Part shown: positions 19,290-29,125 of the stretch, in pieces
Position numbering within the stretch: the first letter of the stretch is position 1
How the letters are laid out: each line of letters begins with the position of its first letter
Origin: Candidatus Marinacidobacterium sp.
GTDB lineage: Bacteria; Acidobacteriota; Vicinamibacteria; Marinacidobacterales; Marinacidobacteraceae
NCBI GenBank assembly: GCA_965220965.1
Contig: OZ244852.1
Coordinates: forward strand, 2,496,001 to 2,560,000
DNA: 64,000 nt
Reading direction: 5' to 3'
The notes under the pieces: model-generated
Told to the model about the DNA's origin: nothing
The model's database searches: none
The model's input: only the letters and a program-made list of their open reading frames with translations
Program-made: the position numbers and the translations under genes

Positions 19290-19826
19290 ATGACCTCCCC
19301 CAACCACGATCTCCGCTATCCGATAGGGCCGTTTTCGCCGGGAGGCCCGGTCGACCCGGACCGGGTCGCCACCTGGATCGCCGACATCGCGGCGCTGCCA
19401 GCCAACCTGCGGCGCACCGTCTCTCCGCTGACCGAAAGTCAGCTCGACACGCCGTACCGACCTGGTGGCTGGACGGTTCGGCAGGTCGTCCACCACCTGG
19501 CCGACAGCCACATGAACAGCTTCATCCGGTTCAAGTGGGCCCTGACGGAGGATCGCCCGGTCATCAAGGACTACGACGAGAAAGGCTGGAGCGAGCTGCC
19601 GGACGCCTGGGGCCCGATCGAGCCCTCGCTCGACCTTGTCGAGGGCCTTCACGGCCGCTGGGTCAGCCTGCTGAGCAACCTGAGCTGGTCCCGACTGCAG
19701 CGGGAGTTCGTGCACCCCGAGTCCGGTCCGTCGATCCTCGCCGCCACCGCGGGGGTCTATTCCTGGCACGGCCGCCATCACCTCGCGCACATCACCCGCC
19801 TGATCGAAAGGGAGGGATGGGCGTGA
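19290..19826 (+). CDS. bstA: YfiT/BstA-type DinB-superfamily thiol transferase
   Basis: LRYPIG, LDTPYRPGGWTVRQVVHHLADSH, RFKWALTED, YSWHGRHHLAHI. Confidence 0.88.
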   Translation: MTSPNHDLRYPIGPFSPGGPVDPDRVATWIADIAALPANLRRTVSPLTESQLDTPYRPGGWTVRQVVHHLADSHMNSFIRFKWALTEDRPVIKDYDEKGWSELPDAWGPIEPSLDLVEGLHGRWVSLLSNLSWSRLQREFVHPESGPSILAATAGVYSWHGRHHLAHITRLIEREGWA

Positions 19827-19931
19827 AGTGCGGCGCCGTCCTTGACGCGTTCTCTGGCGCCCAATATGTCGCCGTAACCCTTTGACACCAGATGAGTTGT
19901 CGAGAATACGCGCCGTTATCTGACACGATAC

Positions 19932-19985
19932 TTGACACCTTGTTTGGCGCCCTGTCTGACCATCCTGCCGCCGGCGCCAGACGGG
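19932..19985. repeat. 54-bp direct repeat, copy 2
   Basis: TTGACACCTTGTTTGGCGCCCTGTCTGACCATCCTGCCGCCGGCGCCAGACGGG; partial related motifs at 19841-19930. Confidence 0.85.
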
Positions 19986-20078
19986 GCTCGCACCAGCGCC
20001 AGTAGCGCACCGCCGAACGCGTTCGGCGGTAGGATCGGCTCCCCCGCCGGCGCCTCGCGCCGGGATGGAGTGATGTCC

Positions 20079-20759
20079 ATGTCCCCGAAACGATTCCTCG
20101 CGTTCCCGCTCCTGCTCCTGGTGGCCGCCGCCGTCGCCTGCGGCCCCGGCGAGCCGCCCGCTGAAGAAGCGCCCGCTCCGGAACCGGAGGCCGCCGAGGA
20201 GACCGTTCTCGTCACCTTCGAGACCGCGATGGGGGAGGTCGAGGTCGAGCTCTATCCCGAGCGGGCGCCGCTCTCGGTGGCGCAGTTCCTCCGCTACGTG
20301 GACGGGGCGCACTACGACGGCGCCAGCTTCTACCGGGCGACCCGCACCGCCGACGGGCACTCCTTCGACATCGTGCAGGGCGGCCGCAGCCGGATGCCCA
20401 TGCTCACCGGGGAGGACCCCCCGGGCGAGCCGCCGTTCCCGCCGATCCCCCACGAGACGACGCACCAGACCGGGATGCGGAACGAACGCGGCGTGCTGTC
20501 CTACGCCCGCCGGGACCCGGGAACCGCGAACTCGGAGTTCTTCTTCAACCTCGGCGACAGCTCCATCCTGAACACCGATGAGGGCGGCCCGGACCGCGAC
20601 GGCTTCGGCTACGCCACCTTCGGGCGGGTCGTGAGCGGGATCGAAGTCCTCGACTCGATCCAGGTTCTCCCGACGAACGCCCCGACCGACAACGAAGTCG
20701 TGCAGGGGCAGATCCTCGACGAGCCGGTCCGGATCCTCACGATCCGGCGCAGCGGCTGA
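20079..20759 (+). CDS. Cyclophilin-type peptidyl-prolyl isomerase, lipoprotein
   Basis: AVAC lipobox; APLSVAQFLRYVD..YDG..FYR, VQGG, ANSEFFFN, YATFGRVVSG. Confidence 0.9.
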   Translation: MSPKRFLAFPLLLLVAAAVACGPGEPPAEEAPAPEPEAAEETVLVTFETAMGEVEVELYPERAPLSVAQFLRYVDGAHYDGASFYRATRTADGHSFDIVQGGRSRMPMLTGEDPPGEPPFPPIPHETTHQTGMRNERGVLSYARRDPGTANSEFFFNLGDSSILNTDEGGPDRDGFGYATFGRVVSGIEVLDSIQVLPTNAPTDNEVVQGQILDEPVRILTIRRSG

Positions 20760-20770
20760 GTCGCCTCCCG

Positions 20771-21670
20771 GTGCGGCCGCCCGCCGGATGCCGGCGTGAG
20801 CGGTCGCGTCTGGTCGCTCCGCTCATCGTCGCCGGGGCGCTGACCGGCTGCGGCGGTTCGCCGGATGCGGGGGCGCCTCGCGAGGGTCCCGCCACCCGGA
20901 TCGTCAGCCTCGACTACTGCGCGGACCAGTACGTCCTCGGGCTGGCGGACCGGGACCGGATCGCCGCGCTCTCGCCCGACTCCCGGGCGTCCTTTTCCTA
21001 TCTGCGGGACGAGGCCGAGGGCCTCCCGCAGGTTCGCCCGGTGGCCGAAGAGGTGCTCGCGCTCGAGCCCGATCTCGTCGTGCGGTCCTACGGCGGCGGG
21101 CCGCAGGCCGCGCACTTCTTCCGACGCGCCGGGGTCCCGGTGGCGCAGCTCGGATTCGCGAGCGACTTCGACGGGATCCGGCGCGTCGTGCGCGAGACCG
21201 CAGCGGCGCTCGGCGTCCCGGCCAGGGCGGAGACGCTGATCTCGGACATGGACGCCCGGCTCGCCCGGGTGGCGGCGGACCGCAGCCCCGGCCCGGATCC
21301 CGAGGCCTTCTACATCACCGCCGGCGGCGCCACCGCCGGCGCGGACACCGTCGTGGACGAGCTGTTCGCCGCCGCCGGTCTCCGGAACTTCCAGACGGCG
21401 CCCGGCTACCGGGAGATCCCGCTGGAACGGCTGGCCTACGAACGGCCGGAGCTCATGGCGCCGGCGTTCTACGAAGACGAGGGCGCCCTCGCCATGCCCT
21501 GGAGTCCTTCCCGCCATTCGGTGGCGCGGCGGGCCCTCGCGGAGCTTCCCGGGGTCGCGCTCGACGGCGCGTGGATGGCGTGCCGCGGATGGTTCCTGCT
21601 CGATGCGGTGGAAGCCCTCGCCGACGGGCGGCGGGCGTTGGGGGAAGCGAACGTCCCGCAGGGCCGGTGA
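20771..21670 (+). CDS. Cobalamin/iron-siderophore ABC transporter substrate-binding lipoprotein (BtuF-like)
   Basis: LTGC lipobox; RIVSLDYCADQYVL, AEEVLALEPDLVV. Confidence 0.85.
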   Translation: MRPPAGCRRERSRLVAPLIVAGALTGCGGSPDAGAPREGPATRIVSLDYCADQYVLGLADRDRIAALSPDSRASFSYLRDEAEGLPQVRPVAEEVLALEPDLVVRSYGGGPQAAHFFRRAGVPVAQLGFASDFDGIRRVVRETAAALGVPARAETLISDMDARLARVAADRSPGPDPEAFYITAGGATAGADTVVDELFAAAGLRNFQTAPGYREIPLERLAYERPELMAPAFYEDEGALAMPWSPSRHSVARRALAELPGVALDGAWMACRGWFLLDAVEALADGRRALGEANVPQGR

Positions 21671-22677
21671 CCGGCGTCCCTGGAGAGCGTCCGGGCCGGG
21701 TCCTCGTTCCGGTCCTCGCCGCCGCCGCCGTCCTCGCGCTGCTGCTCGCCTGCCTGCTCGGGCCGACAGCGCTTTCGTGGGACCGCGCGTTCTCGGCGCT
21801 GCTCGGCGGTGGGTCGCCCGGGGACCGGATCGTGGTCCTGGACATCCGCTTGCCCCGGGCGCTCGCCGCCCTTCTTACCGGCGCGGCGCTCGGGACGAGC
21901 GGGGCGGCGCTCCAGGGCCTCTTCCGGAATCCCCTCGCCGAACCCGGCGTGCTGGGCGTCTCGGCGTGCTCCGCGCTCTTCGCCACCGGGAGCCTCTATT
22001 TCGGGCTGGCGCCGCTGGGCGGCTACATCCTGCCCGCCGCCGCGATCCTCGGGGCGCTCGCCGCGACCGCCGCCATCGCGTTCGCCGCCTCCCGCACCGG
22101 TTCCGCGCTCACCCTGATCCTCGTCGGCGTCGGCATTTCGAGCTTCGCCGGCGCTCTCATGGCGCTCCTCACGAACCTGACCCCGAATCCGTTCTCGCTC
22201 GCCGACCTCGTTACGTGGATGCTCGGCTCCGTCGCCAACCGGAGCCTCGATGATCTCGCGCTGGCGGCGCCGTTCCTCGCCGCCGGTCTGGCCCTGCTCT
22301 TCGCTTCGGCCCGCGGGCTCTCGGCGCTGACCCTCGGCGAGGAGGCCGCCGTCGGCGCGGGGCTCGATCTGCGTCGCCAGCGGCTCGCGGTGGTCATCGG
22401 GGCCGGACTCGCCACCGGCGCGGCGGTGGCGATCGCCGGCGTCATCGGGTTCGTGGGGATCGTGGCGCCCCATCTGGTGCGGCCGCGTGTCGGACACGAT
22501 CCCGCGCGCAGCCTGCTGCCTTCGGCTCTCCTCGGCGGCCTCGTGCTCGTTCTCGCCGACACCGCCGCAAGGACCGCCCCCACCACGACGGAACTCAGGC
22601 TGGGAGTCGTCGCCGCGATCCTCGGCGCGCCGGTCTTCATCTGGATCGTGGCCCGCCGACGGACGGTCCATGTCTGA
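21667..22677 (+). CDS. FecCD/BtuC family ABC permease
   Basis: IRLPRA, LQGLFRNPLAEPGVLGVS, LGEEAA..G, IGFVGIVAPH. Confidence 0.92.
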   Translation: MTGVPGERPGRVLVPVLAAAAVLALLLACLLGPTALSWDRAFSALLGGGSPGDRIVVLDIRLPRALAALLTGAALGTSGAALQGLFRNPLAEPGVLGVSACSALFATGSLYFGLAPLGGYILPAAAILGALAATAAIAFAASRTGSALTLILVGVGISSFAGALMALLTNLTPNPFSLADLVTWMLGSVANRSLDDLALAAPFLAAGLALLFASARGLSALTLGEEAAVGAGLDLRRQRLAVVIGAGLATGAAVAIAGVIGFVGIVAPHLVRPRVGHDPARSLLPSALLGGLVLVLADTAARTAPTTTELRLGVVAAILGAPVFIWIVARRRTVHV

Positions 22678-23530
22678 ACTCCGTCTCGAGCGCCTGACCG
22701 CGGTCCCTGGCGGCCGGCGCGGCGCGCCCCCGGCGGTCCGCGACGCGACCCTCGGCGTGCGGCCGAAGGAACTGGTGGCGCTCCTCGGTCCGAACGGAGC
22801 GGGGAAGACGACGCTCCTTCGCGCCGCCCTCGGCCTGATCCCCCGGGAAGGCGGAAGCGTCCGGCTCGGAGGGGACGACCCCGCCCGCCTGTCTCCCCGC
22901 GAGCGGGCGCTCCGGGCAGCCTACCTGCCCCAGCGGCGTCCGCTCGAGTGGCCGAACCGGGTCCGGGACCTCGTCGCCCTCGGCCGGTTCGCCCACGGAG
23001 GGGCGCCGGGCCGCCTCGGTTCTGCGGATGCGGCGGCGGTGGAGCGGGCGCTCGACGACTGCGGCCTCCGCGTACTCGCGGACCGCGCCGCCGACACCCT
23101 GTCCGGCGGCGAACTGGCCCGGGTCCACTGCGCCCGGGTGTTCGCCGCCGGGACGCCGCTGCTTCTCGCCGACGAGCCCACCGCGGAGCTCGATCCCCTT
23201 CATCAGCACCGCGTCCTTGCGCTGATCCGCCGGTTCGTGGACGACGGCGGAGGGGCGTTGATCGTCCTCCACGAAATCAGTCTCGCCGCCCGCTACGCCG
23301 ACCGCCTGGTCTGGATGCGCGATGGCGAGGTCCTCGCCGACGGGCCTCCGCGCGCCGCGCTCACGTCGGAAGCGGTCGCGGCCTGCTACGGCGTCGAGGC
23401 CGATGTGACGTGGCGGAACGGGCGTCCGGTGGTGGATCTGGGAGGCCCGCTCCCGGAGGCTGCGGGCGCCGACGACCCCTCGCCGGACGGTCGCGGACGG
23501 GCGCCGGGCGAGGCCCCGACCGCCGGGTAG
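22670..23530 (+). CDS. ABC ATPase (FepC/BtuD-like)
   Basis: GPNGAGKT, LSGGE, LLADEPT, VLH. Confidence 0.92.
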   Translation: MSELRLERLTAVPGGRRGAPPAVRDATLGVRPKELVALLGPNGAGKTTLLRAALGLIPREGGSVRLGGDDPARLSPRERALRAAYLPQRRPLEWPNRVRDLVALGRFAHGGAPGRLGSADAAAVERALDDCGLRVLADRAADTLSGGELARVHCARVFAAGTPLLLADEPTAELDPLHQHRVLALIRRFVDDGGGALIVLHEISLAARYADRLVWMRDGEVLADGPPRAALTSEAVAACYGVEADVTWRNGRPVVDLGGPLPEAAGADDPSPDGRGRAPGEAPTAG

Positions 23531-23544
23531 ACTGCCTCCCCGGG

Positions 23545-24651
23545 ATGCCTGACGACGCTCCGTTCGCCGCGTTCGAGGGCGTCACCAAGAGCTACGACGG
23601 CCGGACGCTCGTCGTGGACGGGCTCGATCTCGAGGTGCGGCGGGGCGAGTTCCTGACGCTGCTCGGCCCCTCCGGGTCGGGCAAGACGACCTGCCTCATG
23701 ATGCTCGCGGGGTTCGAGTCCCCCACCTCGGGCGTGATCCGGCTCCGCGGGCGGCCGATCGGGGATGTCCCTCCCAGGGAGCGCGGGATCGGCATGGTGT
23801 TCCAGAACTACGCCCTGTTCCCGCACCTGACGGTGGGCCAGAACCTCTCGTTCCCGCTCGAGGTCCGGAACCTCGAGCCCGAAGCGCGGCGCGAGCGGGT
23901 CGCCCGGGCGCTGAGCCTCGTCCGGCTCGACGGCTACGAGTCCCGCCGTCCCTCCGAGCTCTCCGGCGGGCAGCAGCAGCGCGTCGCGATCGCCCGCGCG
24001 CTGGTGTTCAAGCCCGATCTCGTGCTCATGGACGAGCCGCTCGGCGCGCTGGACCGGCGGCTGCGCGAAGAGCTCCAGTACGAGATCCGCCAGATCCAGC
24101 GGGCCCTCGGGGTGACGTTCCTCTACGTGACCCACGACCAGCAGGAGGCGATGGTCCTTTCCGACCGGGTCGCCGTCTTCCAGGACGGCCGCCTCCAGCA
24201 GATCGCCTCTCCCGAAGGGCTCTACGAGGAGCCGACCGGCGCCTTCGTGGCCAGGTTCATCGGGGAGAACAACGGGCTGCAGGGACGGATCGAGGCGGTG
24301 GACGGGGCGCTTTGCGACGTGCGCGTCGGCGAAGAGCTCGTGCGGGCGCTCCGGGTGGCCGAACTCGGCGTCGGCGACGCCACGACGCTCTCGATCCGCC
24401 CCGAACGCGTGCAGCTCGCCCCGAAGTCCGATGTCCCCTCGAACCGGTTCGAGGGCCGGGTGGAGGACCTCACCTTCCTCGGCGACCACATCCGGGTCGT
24501 CGTGCGGGTGCTGGGCCGTGACGACTTCATCGTCAAGATCCCGAACACCGTCGGGCACGGCGCGGTGATCCCGGGGGACGTCGTCCGGATCGGCTGGACC
24601 CCGACCGACTGCCGCGCGCTCGATGCCGAGCTCCAGGAGGAGACCGCATGA
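23545..24651 (+). CDS. Polyamine-type ABC ATPase (PotA-like)
   Basis: GPSGSGKT, VFQNYALFPH, LSGGQQQR, LMDEPL, C-terminal TOBE domain. Confidence 0.92.
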   Translation: MPDDAPFAAFEGVTKSYDGRTLVVDGLDLEVRRGEFLTLLGPSGSGKTTCLMMLAGFESPTSGVIRLRGRPIGDVPPRERGIGMVFQNYALFPHLTVGQNLSFPLEVRNLEPEARRERVARALSLVRLDGYESRRPSELSGGQQQRVAIARALVFKPDLVLMDEPLGALDRRLREELQYEIRQIQRALGVTFLYVTHDQQEAMVLSDRVAVFQDGRLQQIASPEGLYEEPTGAFVARFIGENNGLQGRIEAVDGALCDVRVGEELVRALRVAELGVGDATTLSIRPERVQLAPKSDVPSNRFEGRVEDLTFLGDHIRVVVRVLGRDDFIVKIPNTVGHGAVIPGDVVRIGWTPTDCRALDAELQEETA

Positions 24652-25748
24652 ACTTCCGAAGCGTTCGCGGGCTGGCGCTGGCCGCCACTCTGGCCGGCCT
24701 GGGCGCCGCCTGCGCCCCCGCCGAGCCGGAAGGGGGCGCCCTCACCGCGGTCTCGTGGGGAGGCTCCTACGCCCGGGCGGTGGACCGCGCCCTCTACCAG
24801 CCGTTCGAGGCGGCGACCGGGGTGACGATCGGCCGGGAGGACTACAACGGGGGCCTGGCGCAGATCCGCACCCAGGTCGAGACCGGCAACGTCTCCTGGG
24901 ACATCGTCTCGCTCGAGGCCTACGACGCGCTCCGGGGCTGCGAGGAGGGCCTCCTCGAATTGCTCCCGACGGATCTGGCCGGCCCGGGACTCGACGGTGC
25001 GCCCGCCTCCGAGGACTTTCCGGAAGGAACGATCACCGACTGCGGCGTGGCGCTGATCTTCTATTCGACGCTCTACGCCTACCACCCCGACCGCTTCTCC
25101 GGCGAGGCGCCCTCGACGATCGGCGACTTCTTCGACCTGGAGCGCTTCCCCGGCCGCCGGGGGATGCGCCGCACGCCGCAGGTGAACTTCGAGTTCGCGC
25201 TGATGGCCGACGGCGTCCCGACCGGGGAGGTCTACGCCGTCCTCGACACCGACGCCGGGATCGAACGCGTCTTCAGCAAGCTGGACACCATCCGCGACGA
25301 GGTCGTCTGGTGGGAGGCGGGGGCGCAGCCGCCCCAGATGCTGGCCGACGCCGAGGTCGTCATGACCACCGCCTACAACGGACGGATCTTCAACGCCCAG
25401 GCCCTCGAGAACCAGCCGTTCGTGATCGTCTGGGACGGCCAGGTGCTCGACTTCTCGCAGCTCGCGATCCCGGCGGGCGCACCGAACCTCGGGAACGCCC
25501 TCGAGTACCTCCGGTTCGTGACCGGGCCCGATGCGATGGCCCGGATCGCCGGCCACATCGCCTACGGACCGGTGCGGCGCTCGGCGGCGCCGCTGGTCTC
25601 GACCCACCTCGAGACCGGGATCCCGATGGCCCCGCACCTGCCCACGACGCCGGAGAACATGACGAACACGCTGATCAGCGATGGCGGGTGGTGGAGCGAG
25701 AACCTCGAGGAGATGAACGAGCGGTTCAGCGCCTGGCTCGCGAGGTGA
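24648..25748 (+). CDS. Polyamine-type ABC substrate-binding lipoprotein (PotD/PotF-like)
   Basis: GAAC lipobox, SWGGSY, FPGRRGMR, EFALMADGV, AYNGRI. Confidence 0.88.
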   Translation: MNFRSVRGLALAATLAGLGAACAPAEPEGGALTAVSWGGSYARAVDRALYQPFEAATGVTIGREDYNGGLAQIRTQVETGNVSWDIVSLEAYDALRGCEEGLLELLPTDLAGPGLDGAPASEDFPEGTITDCGVALIFYSTLYAYHPDRFSGEAPSTIGDFFDLERFPGRRGMRRTPQVNFEFALMADGVPTGEVYAVLDTDAGIERVFSKLDTIRDEVVWWEAGAQPPQMLADAEVVMTTAYNGRIFNAQALENQPFVIVWDGQVLDFSQLAIPAGAPNLGNALEYLRFVTGPDAMARIAGHIAYGPVRRSAAPLVSTHLETGIPMAPHLPTTPENMTNTLISDGGWWSENLEEMNERFSAWLAR

Positions 25749-26959
25749 CCCGGGTGAACGGAGGCGGCGGTCCGCGGCCTCCGCGCTCCGCCCGGCTCCG
25801 CGCCGCGGGACTCGTCCTGCCGCTTCTGGCCTTCGTCGGGGTCTCCTTCCTCGCCCCGCTGGGGGCGATGCTCGCCGAGAGCGTGCACCAGCCGCTCGTG
25901 GCGGACGCCCTACCCGAAACGCTCGCGCTCCTCGAGGACTGGGACGGTGCCGGCGTCCCGGGCCAGGCGGTTTTCGCCGCCGCCGTCCGGGAGCTGGGCG
26001 CCGCGCAGGCGAACCGCACGGTCGCCCGGATCGGGAGCCGGGTGAACCGGATCGAAGGCGGGCTCCGCGGCGTGATCGTGGCCGGCGGCCGCGCCGATCC
26101 CGGAGCGGGGTCGGCCCGCGAGGCGCTGGTGAGCGCCGACCCGGCGTGGGACGAGACCACCACCTGGGCGGCGATCCGCGCCGCGGGCGAGCGCTTCACC
26201 GCCCGGAACTACCTCCACGCGCTGGATCTGGAGCGCCTCCCGGACGGGTCCATCGTCCGGCAGAGCGAGGAACTCCGGATCTACGTCCCGCTGCTCGTCC
26301 GGACCCTGCTGGTGAGCGCGGCGGTGACGCTGCTGTGCCTGCTGCTCGGGTATCCCATCGCCCACCGGATCGCGAACGCGCCGGCGCGGCGGGCCCGCTG
26401 GCTGCTCATCCTCGTGCTCGTTCCGTTCTGGACCTCGCTGCTCGTCCGGACCTCGGCGTGGATCGTCCTGCTGCAGACCCACGGCGTCCTGAACGGCCTG
26501 CTCGTCGCCCTCGGCGTCGTGGCCGAGGACGGCCGGCTCACGCTGGTCTACAACATGACCGGGACGCTGGTGGCGATGACCCACGTGCTGCTGCCCTTCA
26601 TGGTCCTGCCGCTCTATTCGGTCATGAAGAACGTGCCCGGAAGCCTCCTGCGCGCCGCCGCGTCGCTCGGGGCGAGCCCGTGGCAGAGCTTCTGGCGCGT
26701 CTACTGGCCCCTCACCCTGCCCGGCGTGGCGGCGGGCGGACTGCTCGTGTTCATCCTGGCGATCGGTTACTACATCACCCCGGCGCTGGTGGGTGGGAGC
26801 AGCGGCCAGTTGATCTCCAACATGATCGCGTTCCACATGCAGACCTCGCTGAACTGGGGGTTGGCGGCGGCGATCGGAGGCGTGCTGCTGGCGGTCGTCG
26901 GGGCGCTCTACGTCGTCTACGACCGGGTGGTGGGCGCCGGCGCGCTGCGCCTCGGATAG
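25745..26959 (+). CDS. ABC permease (PotB-like)
   Basis: LLGYPIA, PFWTSLLVRT, RAAASLGA (EAA-like motif), YYITPALVGG. Confidence 0.9.
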   Translation: MTRVNGGGGPRPPRSARLRAAGLVLPLLAFVGVSFLAPLGAMLAESVHQPLVADALPETLALLEDWDGAGVPGQAVFAAAVRELGAAQANRTVARIGSRVNRIEGGLRGVIVAGGRADPGAGSAREALVSADPAWDETTTWAAIRAAGERFTARNYLHALDLERLPDGSIVRQSEELRIYVPLLVRTLLVSAAVTLLCLLLGYPIAHRIANAPARRARWLLILVLVPFWTSLLVRTSAWIVLLQTHGVLNGLLVALGVVAEDGRLTLVYNMTGTLVAMTHVLLPFMVLPLYSVMKNVPGSLLRAAASLGASPWQSFWRVYWPLTLPGVAAGGLLVFILAIGYYITPALVGGSSGQLISNMIAFHMQTSLNWGLAAAIGGVLLAVVGALYVVYDRVVGAGALRLG

Positions 26960-26962
26960 GTC

Positions 26963-27790
26963 GTGCCGCGCCGCCTGTCGCCGGGCCGGATCCTCTATCT
27001 GGGGTTCTGCTCGCTGGTGTTCGCGTTCCTGATCGCGCCGGTGCTCGTCATCGTCCCGCTCAGCTTCAACGCCGAGCCCTACCTGACGTTCACCGAGGGC
27101 ATGCTCCGGCTCGATCCCGAGGCCTACTCGCTGCGCTGGTATCGCGAACTGGCGACCGGCGACCGGTGGAGCGCCGCGCTCGGGAACAGCCTCCTCATCG
27201 GGGTGGCGGCGGCCGCCATCGCGACCGTGCTCGGGACGCTCGCCGCCCTCGGACTCTCGAGCCCGGCGATGCCGGCGCGGCGGTTCGTGACCGCGGTGCT
27301 GATCTCGCCGATGGTCATCCCGCTGATCCTCGCGGCGGCCGGGATGTTCTTCTTCTACTCGATGCTGGGTCTGACCCAGACCCACCTCGGCCTGATCCTC
27401 GCCCACGCCGCCCTCGGGACGCCCTTCGTGGTCGTGACCGTCACCGCCACGCTCTCCGGCTTCGACCGGAACCTCGTCCGGGCGGCCGAGAGCCTGGGCG
27501 CTGGTCCGCTCCGCATCTTCCGGCGGGTCCAGCTCCCGCTGATCGCTCCGGGGGTCCTGTCCGGCGCGCTCTTCGCCTTCGCCGCATCGTTCGACGAGGT
27601 CGTGGTCGTCCTTTTCCTCGGCGGGCTCGAGCAGCGGACGATCCCGCGTCAGATGTGGTCCGGCATCCGCGAGGAGATCAACCCCACGATCCTCGCGGCC
27701 GCGACGATCCTGATCGTGTTCGCGCTCGTCTTCCTGTTCGTCGTCGAGACGCTGAGGAGCCGTCCCGGCCTCAGCGGCTCGCGGCGGTAG
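26963..27790 (+). CDS. ABC permease (PotC-like)
   Basis: IVPLSFN, SLRWY, RAAESLGA, AFAASFDEVVV. Confidence 0.9.
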   Translation: MPRRLSPGRILYLGFCSLVFAFLIAPVLVIVPLSFNAEPYLTFTEGMLRLDPEAYSLRWYRELATGDRWSAALGNSLLIGVAAAAIATVLGTLAALGLSSPAMPARRFVTAVLISPMVIPLILAAAGMFFFYSMLGLTQTHLGLILAHAALGTPFVVVTVTATLSGFDRNLVRAAESLGAGPLRIFRRVQLPLIAPGVLSGALFAFAASFDEVVVVLFLGGLEQRTIPRQMWSGIREEINPTILAAATILIVFALVFLFVVETLRSRPGLSGSRR

Positions 27791-29054
27791 GGGGCTGTTC
27801 CGGGAGCGGGATCCGCCCGTCGCGCATGACGAGCCGGACCTCGAAGAGGGCGTCGAGCGACTGGGTCGGGTCCCCCTCGACCACGATCAGATCGGCCACG
27901 TAGCCCTCGGCGAGCGTCCCGATCTCTTCGCCGAGTCCCAGCGAGGTGGCCGCCATCGAAGTCATTCCGGTGATCACCGCCACCGGGTCCTGCCCCCCCG
28001 CCTCGGCCCGGGCGACCGCCTCGCGGGCGTTCTGCCCGTGGGCCCCCGCCACCGCATCGGTGCCGAAGACGATTTTCAGCCCCTCGGTGGCGAGCGCCAT
28101 CCGGAAGGTCTCCATGGCCCGGACCCGGCCGGACTCCATGGCGGCGAACCCCTCTTCGGTGTAGTTGCCGATCCCGAGGTAGCGGTCCCGGTTCTCGAAG
28201 TAGTTCGCGAAGATCAGGTCGGTGTTCGGGTCGTAGAACGTCCCGTTGGCGGCCAGCAGGTCGAGGGTCGCCTGGTCGAGCAGCGCCCCGTGTTCGATCG
28301 TGGTGCATCCGGCGCGGGACGCCCGCGACGCGCTCTCCGGGCCGTGGGCGTGGACGAGCGTCCGGAGCCCGAGCTCCGCCGCGGCCCCGCAGGCGGCGTC
28401 GAGCGCCTCCTGGGAAAGCGTCGGCCCCCCGCCGACCCGGATGCTCTCGGAGGCGAAGATCTTGATCGCGTCGGCCCCGCGCTCGTGAAGGTCCTTCACC
28501 GCGGCGACCAGTTCGTCGGGGCCTCCGGTGTTCGCCGACAACTGCCCCATCGAGGTGATGATCCGGGGTCCCGGGACGACGCCCCGGTTCACCGCGTCCC
28601 GGACCGGACCGTCGAGCGCGCTTCCCAGGCTCTGGACCGTGGTGAACCCGGCGGCCAGCATGTTGAGGCCGTTCTCGAGTCCGTGGAGCGCGGTGGTCTC
28701 TGGCGAGGCGCCCCGGGCCAGCCTGCCGTCCGGCCCGAAGTGCCACGTCAGGTGGACGTGGGTGTCGATGAGCCCCGGCAGGATCGTCCCGCCGGGGAAG
28801 TCGAGACGGCGGCCCGCGGGGGGTAGTTCGGCGCTCGGGACGACTCCCGCGATCCGGCCGTCCCGGACGACGACCCCGTGGCCCTCGAGAACCGCGCCGG
28901 TCCCGTCGAGCACCCGGTCGGCGGTGATGACGGTGACCCCGGGGTCCCCGGTCGCCGCCGGCCCCGTTCCGCTCGGGCCGCAGCTCGCGGCGAGGGCCGC
29001 GAGCGCCGCGGCGAGCAGTCGCGAGTTCATGGTCGTCAGATGGTTCGTTCGCAT
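27771..29054 (-). CDS. Amidohydrolase-family (prolidase-like) metalloenzyme, lipoprotein
   Basis: AASC lipobox, PGLIDTHVH, VHAHG, TIEHG, FGTDA, ADLIVVEGDP. Start could be 29063, 29054 or 29030. Confidence 0.88.
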   Translation of the reverse strand: MRTNHLTTMNSRLLAAALAALAASCGPSGTGPAATGDPGVTVITADRVLDGTGAVLEGHGVVVRDGRIAGVVPSAELPPAGRRLDFPGGTILPGLIDTHVHLTWHFGPDGRLARGASPETTALHGLENGLNMLAAGFTTVQSLGSALDGPVRDAVNRGVVPGPRIITSMGQLSANTGGPDELVAAVKDLHERGADAIKIFASESIRVGGGPTLSQEALDAACGAAAELGLRTLVHAHGPESASRASRAGCTTIEHGALLDQATLDLLAANGTFYDPNTDLIFANYFENRDRYLGIGNYTEEGFAAMESGRVRAMETFRMALATEGLKIVFGTDAVAGAHGQNAREAVARAEAGGQDPVAVITGMTSMAATSLGLGEEIGTLAEGYVADLIVVEGDPTQSLDALFEVRLVMRDGRIPLPEQPPTAASR

Positions 29055-29125
29055 GACGCGCATTCCTCCAGGGGGCCGCGCTCCGGGGCGGGCCGCCCCC
29101 TCATCACGGCGGACGCCGTCCGCCG

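Noticed and set aside
20760-20800. Cobalamin riboswitch ahead of the btu-like operon
   Set aside because: Only about 11 bp separate it from the cyclophilin gene, so there is no room; substrate left unassigned.
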